Shown here: positions 58,037-64,000 of the stretch, piece by piece
Layout of the letters: each line of letters starts with the position of its first letter
How positions within the stretch are numbered: position 1 is the first letter of the stretch
Assembly (NCBI GenBank): GCA_963668695.2
Contig: CAXXLQ010000004.1
Location: 800,001-864,000, forward strand
Source: Vicinamibacteria bacterium
GTDB taxonomy: Bacteria; Acidobacteriota; Vicinamibacteria; Marinacidobacterales; Marinacidobacteraceae
Reading direction: 5' to 3'
Length of the DNA stretch: 64,000 nucleotides
Notes under the pieces: generated by a model
The model's database searches: none
What the model was told of the DNA's origin: nothing
Seen by the model: the letters and a program-made list of their open reading frames with translations, nothing else
Made by a program: the position numbers and the translations under genes

Positions 58037-59136
58037 GCGGCCGGAAGCCGCGCCGATGGCTGGCGGCCGCCTGCGCGACCGTGGCGCTGGCGGCGGGAGG
58101 GTGCGGCGGGGATCCCTCATCCGGGTCCCTGACCGTCGTCTCCTGGGGCGGGGCCTACGCGCGGGCCGTCACCAAGGCGCACTACGAACCGTTCGAAGCC
58201 GCCACCGGGATGACTCTCGGCCGGGAGGACTACAACGGCGGGCTCGCCGAGATCCGCACCCAGGTGGATACCGGGAACGTCCACTGGGACGTCGTGGACC
58301 TCGAGATGTTCGACGCCGTCCGCGGATGCGACGAGGGGCTCCTCGAGCTGATTCCGGATGACCTGACGGCGCCCGGCGCCGACGGCTCCCCCGCCGCCGA
58401 GGACTTCCGGCCCGAAACACTCACCGACTGCGGGGTCGGCACGGCCTTCTATTCCACGGTCGTCGCCTACCACCCGGACCGCTTCTCCGGCGAGAAGCCG
58501 GCGACGATCGGGGACTTCTTCGATCTGGAACGGTTTCCGGGACGCCGCGGCATGCGCCGCAGCCCCCTCGTGAACCTGGAGTTCGCGCTGATGGCCGACG
58601 GGGTCGCGACGGACGAGGTGTACGCCGTGCTCGACACCGATGAAGGCATGAACCGGGCGCTCAGGAAGCTGGACACGATCAAGGACGAAGTCGTCTGGTG
58701 GGAGGCCGGCGCCCAGCCGCCGCAAATGCTGGCCGACGCCGAGGTGGTGATGTCCACTGCCTACAACGGGCGGATCTTCAACGCCCAGGTCCTCGAGGAC
58801 CAGCCATTCGTCATCATCTGGGACGGACAGGTGCTCGAGATCGGCCAGACCGGAATCGTCGCCGGGACCCCCAACCTGACGGAGGCGCTCGCGTTCCTCC
58901 GGTTCTCGACGTCGGCGGAGTCCATGGCAAAGCTCACCGGGGAGATCGCCTACAGCCCCACCCGGCGGTCGGCGCAACCGCTCGTAACCACCCACCGCGA
59001 AACCGGGGTCCCGATGCTGCCCCATCTGCCCACCAGCCCGCAGAACGTCGGACGGGTCCTGACGAGCGACACGCTCTGGTGGAGCGACAACCTCGACGAG
59101 GTGAACGAGCGCTTCAGCGCCTGGCTGGCGCGATGA
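58033..59136 (+). CDS. Polyamine-type ABC substrate-binding lipoprotein
   Basis: AGGC lipobox, VVSWGGAY, WDVVD, LEFALMADGV, AYNGRIF. Confidence 0.92.
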   Translation: MSGRKPRRWLAAACATVALAAGGCGGDPSSGSLTVVSWGGAYARAVTKAHYEPFEAATGMTLGREDYNGGLAEIRTQVDTGNVHWDVVDLEMFDAVRGCDEGLLELIPDDLTAPGADGSPAAEDFRPETLTDCGVGTAFYSTVVAYHPDRFSGEKPATIGDFFDLERFPGRRGMRRSPLVNLEFALMADGVATDEVYAVLDTDEGMNRALRKLDTIKDEVVWWEAGAQPPQMLADAEVVMSTAYNGRIFNAQVLEDQPFVIIWDGQVLEIGQTGIVAGTPNLTEALAFLRFSTSAESMAKLTGEIAYSPTRRSAQPLVTTHRETGVPMLPHLPTSPQNVGRVLTSDTLWWSDNLDEVNERFSAWLAR

Positions 59137-60344
59137 CGGGAAAACCGGGAGTGGCGCCGCCGGCGCGAGCCCGGCTGCGGGCGGCGGGACTCGCCCTGCC
59201 GCTCGTCGCCTTCGTGGGCATCTCCTTCCTCTTCCCGCTCGGGACGATGCTCGCCCGCAGCGTCCATGACCCGGTGGTCGCCGACGCCCTCCCGGAAACA
59301 CTCGCTCTCCTCGAGGAATGGGACGGGGAGACCCTGCCCGGGGAACCGGTGTTCGCGACCGCCGCCCGGGAACTCGAAAGCGCGCTCGAAGGCCGGATGG
59401 CGGGCAGGCTGGGCGGACGGGTGAACCGGGTCGCGAGCGGGATGCGGAGCGTGATCATGCGCGGCGCCCGGGCAGCGGCGGAGGCGCCGGCAGCCACCTC
59501 TCGGGACACCCTCATCGGCGGGCACCCGGCGTGGGGCGAGCCGGCGACCTGGCGGGCCGTACGCACCGCCGGCGAGCGCTTCACCCTCCGCCACTACCTG
59601 CGGGCCCTCGATCTCGGGCGGGGTCCCGACGGGAGCATCGTCCGGCAACCGGAGGAACTCCGCATCTACGTCCCGTTGCTCCTCCGGACGCTGATGGTCA
59701 GCGGCGCGGTCACCCTGCTCTGCCTGCTGCTCGGCTACCCGATCGCCCATCTCATCGCGAGCTCCCCGCCGCGGCGCGCCCGCTGGCTGCTGCTCCTGGT
59801 GCTGGTGCCGTTTTGGACCTCGCTGCTGATCCGCACCACCGCCTGGATCGTCCTGCTCCAGACCCACGGGGTCCTGAACAGCCTGTTGGTGGCCCTCGGC
59901 CTGGTCGCCGACGACGGCCGGATCGCGATGATCTACAACATGACCGGCACGCTGGTCGCGATGACCCACGTGCTGCTGCCGTTCATGGTGTTGCCGCTCT
60001 ATTCGGTGATGCGCACCATCCCGCCGCACTTCCTGCGGGCGGCCACCTCGCTCGGCGCGAACCGCCGTCAGGCTTTCTTCCGTGTCTACTGGCCGCTCAC
60101 CCTGCCCGGCACCGCGGCGGGCGCCTTGCTGGTGTTCATCCTGTCGATCGGCTACTACATCACCCCGGCGCTCGTGGGCGGGGCGAGCGGCCAGTTGTTC
60201 TCCAACATGATCGCCTTCCACATGCAGACCTCCCTCAACTGGGGGCTCGCCGCGGCGCTCGGCGGCATCCTGTTCGTGGTGGTGGGCGCGCTCTACGTGG
60301 TCTACGACCGGCTGGTGGGCGCCTCCAGCCTGCGGCTCGGGTAG
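59133..60344 (+). CDS. ABC permease (PotB-like)
   Basis: LLLGYPIA, PFWTSLLIR, AATSLGA, YYITPALVGG. Confidence 0.93.
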   Translation: MTGKPGVAPPARARLRAAGLALPLVAFVGISFLFPLGTMLARSVHDPVVADALPETLALLEEWDGETLPGEPVFATAARELESALEGRMAGRLGGRVNRVASGMRSVIMRGARAAAEAPAATSRDTLIGGHPAWGEPATWRAVRTAGERFTLRHYLRALDLGRGPDGSIVRQPEELRIYVPLLLRTLMVSGAVTLLCLLLGYPIAHLIASSPPRRARWLLLLVLVPFWTSLLIRTTAWIVLLQTHGVLNSLLVALGLVADDGRIAMIYNMTGTLVAMTHVLLPFMVLPLYSVMRTIPPHFLRAATSLGANRRQAFFRVYWPLTLPGTAAGALLVFILSIGYYITPALVGGASGQLFSNMIAFHMQTSLNWGLAAALGGILFVVVGALYVVYDRLVGASSLRLG

Positions 60345-60348
60345 CGAA

Positions 60349-61155
60349 ATGCGGGACGGCGCGGCCTCCCGGGTGGTCTACCTGGCGTTTTGCGTCTTCG
60401 TCTTCGTCTTCCTGGTCGCCCCGATCCTGGTGATCATTCCGCTCAGCTTCAACGCCGAGCCCTATTTCACCTTCACGGAGGGCATGCTCCGGCTGGACCC
60501 CGACGCCTGGTCCCTCCGCTGGTACGAGGCTCTGGTGGAAGACGCCCGCTGGAGCCGGGCGCTCGCCAACAGCCTGGGGATCGGGTTCGCCGCCGCCCTG
60601 CTGGCGACGGTGCTGGGAACCGTCGCGGCGCTCGGGCTCTCGAGCCCGGCGATGCCCGCGCGCCGCCTCGTGACCGGGATCCTGATCTCGCCGATGGTGA
60701 TCCCGGTAATCATCGCGGCGGCGGGGATGTTCTTCTTCTACTCGGACCTCCGCCTCACCCAGTCGCACCTGGGGCTGATCCTCGCCCACGCGGCGCTCGG
60801 CACCCCGTTCGTGGTGATCACGGTGACCGCGACACTTTCCGGATTCGACCGCAACCTGGTCCGCGCCTCCCAGAGCCTCGGTGCGGGCCCCCTCACCACC
60901 TTTCGCCGGGTGCAGTTGCCGCTGATCGCGCCGGGGGTCCTTTCGGGGGCCCTCTTCGCCTTCGCCGCCTCGTTCGACGAGGTGGTCGTGGTGCTTTTCA
61001 TGGGCGGGCTGAACCAGCGGACCATTCCCCGCCAGATGTGGTCGGGGATCCGCGAGGAGATCAGCCCCACCATCCTGGCGGCGGCGACCTTCCTGATCGC
61101 GTTCGCGCTGCTCTTCCTGTTCGCGGTGGAGCGGCTCCGCAGCCGGACTCGCTAG
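60349..61155 (+). CDS. ABC permease (PotC-like)
   Basis: SLRWY, ASQSLGA, SFDEVVV. Confidence 0.93.
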   Translation: MRDGAASRVVYLAFCVFVFVFLVAPILVIIPLSFNAEPYFTFTEGMLRLDPDAWSLRWYEALVEDARWSRALANSLGIGFAAALLATVLGTVAALGLSSPAMPARRLVTGILISPMVIPVIIAAAGMFFFYSDLRLTQSHLGLILAHAALGTPFVVITVTATLSGFDRNLVRASQSLGAGPLTTFRRVQLPLIAPGVLSGALFAFAASFDEVVVVLFMGGLNQRTIPRQMWSGIREEISPTILAAATFLIAFALLFLFAVERLRSRTR

Positions 61156-61242
61156 GAGCGCCGGCCTTCAGGCCGGCATCGCGGCCCACCGGCTAGGAAC
61201 GCTGGCCAGTTCTCCCGGTGGGGGCCTTCAGGCCGGCATCGC
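61155..61242. repeat. Two tandem REP-like palindromes: one empty, one with the 19-nt insert
   Basis: GGAGCGCCGG^CCTTCAGGCCGGCATCGC versus GGAACGCTGG[CCAGTTCTCCCGGTGGGGG]CCTTCAGGCCGGCATCGC. Confidence 0.9.
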
Positions 61243-61367
61243 TCCGCGAAGCGACACTCCCATAGCTGCTTACCCTGGATGGCACCGTCCGAAGGGGAAC
61301 GCCGGCCGCTGGCGTGCATCGCGAGGCAGCGCGAAACCGAGGCCGATGATGCTGCGCCCTGTCCAAG

Positions 61368-61757
61368 TTAGTGCGAGCGTCTCAGCTCGAAGCCCCGGGC
61401 GAGCACGTAGGCGATCAGCGCCACCACGAAGACCACCAGCAGCATCCAGGCGATCCCCTGGAGCGTCTCGATGACGGTCCGATAGACCTCGAGCGTCCAG
61501 CGCTCCGCGTTGAGAACCAGGATCTCGTCGTCCTTGCCGGGGGCCGAGATGTAGCGCTCCAGCTCGCGGATGCGAACGCCCGCCGAGATGCCGACCACGT
61601 ACGCCGCGAACTTGACGTAACGATGCCAGGCCCCGCTCAACTCCTCCGCCACGATCCGCTGCAGGATGGAGGCGATGGGACGGTCGAAGAGCCGCACCGC
61701 CCCGAAGGACACCGCCAGCGCGATGAGGAACGTGACGATCAGCAGCGTGAAGAACAT
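61368..61757 (-). CDS. Hypothetical membrane protein (3 TM)
   Basis: Three hydrophobic segments; host-like codon usage. Confidence 0.75.
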   Translation of the reverse strand: MFFTLLIVTFLIALAVSFGAVRLFDRPIASILQRIVAEELSGAWHRYVKFAAYVVGISAGVRIRELERYISAPGKDDEILVLNAERWTLEVYRTVIETLQGIAWMLLVVFVVALIAYVLARGFELRRSH

Positions 61758-61796
61758 GGCAACTCGAACCTGGCGACGCGGACTCGATTGGACCGC

Positions 61797-63053
61797 CTAA
61801 TCGCCGGGGTTGTGGATGCGGCCACCCTTCATGACCATCCGCACCCGCTGGAGGGCTCCGATATCGCTCGCCGGATCGCCGTCCACCACCACCAGATCGG
61901 CGGCGTAACCCTCGGCAACCGTCCCGATCTCATCCCCAAGTCCCAGCGACGCGGCAGCCATCGAGGTCAGCCCGACGACGGCCTGTCCCGGGTCCTGACC
62001 GCCCTGCTCGACCCGGGCGACCGCCTCGCGGGCGTTCTGCCCGTGGGCGCCGGCCACCGCGTCGGTCCCGAAGACGATCTTCAGTCCCTCGGTGGCGAGC
62101 GCCATGCCGAAGGTCTCCATCGCCCGCACCCGTCCGGACTCCATGGCGGTGAAGCCTTCCTCGGTGTAGTTCCCGATCCCCAGGTAGCGGTCCTTGTTCT
62201 CGAAGTAGTTGGCGAAGATGAGGTAGGTGTTCGGGTCGTAAAGGGTGCCGTTCGCGGCCATCAGGTCGAGCGTTTCCTGATCGAGCAGCGCGCCGTGCTC
62301 GATCGTGGTGCAGCCCGCCCGGGATGCCCGGCTCGCGCTCTCCGGCCCGTGGGCGTGGACGAGCGTCCTGAGTCCGCGCTCCGTGGCCGCCCCGCAGGCG
62401 GCGTCGAGTTCTTCCTGTGAAAGCGTGGGGCCGCCCCCCACCCGGATGCTCTCCGAGGCGAAGATCTTGATGGCGTCCGCCCCGGCGTCGGCCAGGCGGT
62501 GCACTTCGGCGGTCAGTTCCTCCGCGCCACCGGTGCGGGCGGAGAGCTGGCCGAGCGAGGTGACGATCCGGGGACCGGGGACCGTTCCGCGCGCCACCGC
62601 ATCGCGCACCGGACCATCCACCGCCGAACCGAGGCTCTGGACGGTGGTGAAGCCGGCCTCGAGCATCCGGATGCCGTTTTCCACCGCGTGCAGGGCGGCG
62701 GTCTCGGGCGCGGCGCCCCGGGCCAGCTTGCCGTCCTCGCCGAAGTGCCAGTCCAGGTGGACATGGGTGTCAATCAGGCCGGGGAGGATCGTGCCGCCGG
62801 GGAAGTCGAGGCGCTGGCCGGCGGGAAGGTCGGAAGCCGCGGCCACCGCGACGATCCGCCCGTCCCGGACCACCACCCCGTGGTTCTCGAGGACACCGCC
62901 GCGTCCGTCGAGCACCCGGTCCGCCGTGAGCACCACGGTCCCGTCGTCGTTCATCTCGGGACCCGCGCCACCACCCCCGCCGCAGGCCGCAAAGAGCACT
63001 GCCACAGCGGCCGTCAGGAAATAAGACGAACGAAAAAGGGAATGCCCATTCAT
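61797..63053 (-). CDS. Amidohydrolase family protein (Xaa-Pro dipeptidase-like), lipoprotein
   Basis: PGLIDTHVH, AGFTTV, IKIFAS, HAH, IEHG, FGTD, ADLVVVDGDP. Confidence 0.92.
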   Translation of the reverse strand: MNGHSLFRSSYFLTAAVAVLFAACGGGGGAGPEMNDDGTVVLTADRVLDGRGGVLENHGVVVRDGRIVAVAAASDLPAGQRLDFPGGTILPGLIDTHVHLDWHFGEDGKLARGAAPETAALHAVENGIRMLEAGFTTVQSLGSAVDGPVRDAVARGTVPGPRIVTSLGQLSARTGGAEELTAEVHRLADAGADAIKIFASESIRVGGGPTLSQEELDAACGAATERGLRTLVHAHGPESASRASRAGCTTIEHGALLDQETLDLMAANGTLYDPNTYLIFANYFENKDRYLGIGNYTEEGFTAMESGRVRAMETFGMALATEGLKIVFGTDAVAGAHGQNAREAVARVEQGGQDPGQAVVGLTSMAAASLGLGDEIGTVAEGYAADLVVVDGDPASDIGALQRVRMVMKGGRIHNPGD

Positions 63054-63171
63054 GAGCAAGAGTGTATGTTCGGGCCTTCCTCACTCCTGGAAGGAACCGG
63101 GATCCCAAGTCTCCCGCAGGGAATCGGTCACGAGAACGCTATCCGGTTCTAGCGGACGGTGTTCGAGCCAT

Positions 63172-64000
63172 CTATGCCGCCTGGTTGCGGATGCCGCTGC
63201 GGCGGCTCGCCCGGTTCAACCGCTGCGCGAAATAACGGACGAATACGCTGTTCTCTGGATAAGCGCCGGGATCAGCCCAGAACGCTCCGAGACGCCCTAC
63301 AAGCCCGCAGATCCAATCGGCGGCCTGCACGGTCTGCTAGCCAGCCTGTGGTGAAACCCAGGCGGCGTTCGAGCGGCGATGCATCCCGCCTGAACCGCCC
63401 CCCCACCGGGAGAACTGGCGCTTTGCGGCGCTCTGCGTTGCGTTTCGGTCGAAATACACCCGGGCCAGTTCTCCCGGTGGGGGCTCCTCCCTCACGCGCC
63501 TTGTCAGCCGGACCCCCACCGGGAGAACTGGGCCTCGCCCCCACCGGGAGAACTGGCCGCTCTCGGCGCTCACCCGGGTTCCACCACAGGCTGCTAGCGG
63601 TGGCTTTCCGCCTGGAGCGGGGGCTCGATGAGCTGACGGCGGGGCTCGTCTCCCCCATACATCCTTTGGGACGCCGCTGTGAGCAGGGCTGAACGCTGGT
63701 CATGCTCATCAAGAACGAGAAGAAAGTTGCGCGTAGGTTCACTTCCCTCGGTGCAGAATTCGTCCAGACGCTTGATCGCCTCGACGAAAACCGCGGTGTA
63801 GAGCGCGTTGGCGTTGTGTTGATCCGGTGAGTGGGTCTTCTTGGTCCCAACATAGAACACGAAACCGCCGATCGTGGTGATCTTGTTCAGGAAGCGGTTC
63901 GTGAACGTCCTGAGTTCGCGGTAGCGGCCTACGTTGGTCACCGTGTAGAGGCTCGAGCCCTTCTTTTCCCAAACTGCTGCATCTCGAATGACAGAAGTTC
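63172..64000 (-). pseudogene. DUF3800-family protein split by a MITE (5' end off window)
   Basis: WEKKGSSLYT...LVLDEH...IEPPLQAESHR* | QTVQAADWICGLVGRLG...SGIRNQAA*; QxAD motif. Confidence 0.8.
63342..63593 (-). mobile_element. MITE copy 7 with four 19-nt inserts
   Basis: CAGCCTGTGGTGAAACCC...GGGTTCCACCACAGGCTG; CTAG on both sides. Confidence 0.9.

Overview
High-GC bacterial chromosomal window. The gene content (VPS10-type hydrolase, PQQ dehydrogenase cluster, DUF5916 proteins, many toxin-antitoxin (TA) loci) suggests an Acidobacteriota/Gemmatimonadota-like, possibly sponge-associated organism; this is inference only. Left end: a decaying ~6 kb island at the 3' end of tRNA-Ser(CGA), carrying an IS1182 remnant, an intact IS6, an M81 peptidase pseudogene, a racemase and DUF1611. 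The rest is a metabolic/transport backbone with about ten TA or defence-like loci in its intergenic spaces. The most unusual signals are: (1) a 19-nt sequence (CCCCCACCGGGAGAACTGG) found 19 times, always as an insertion in REP-like palindromes or MITEs, with empty sites visible in sibling copies; (2) a repeated integrase-free layout 'intact gene - REP - TA/defence cargo - duplicate of that gene's 3' tail' (three clear cases); (3) an operon of a wHTH-tailed protein, a catalytically dead trypsin, an active trypsin and a ParE-type TA; (4) an IS5/IS1182-like MITE family (7 copies, one nested) that hits CTAG/TTAA-type sites and has split an AbiEi gene and a DUF3800 gene. All family assignments come from motif recognition by eye; no database searches were run.
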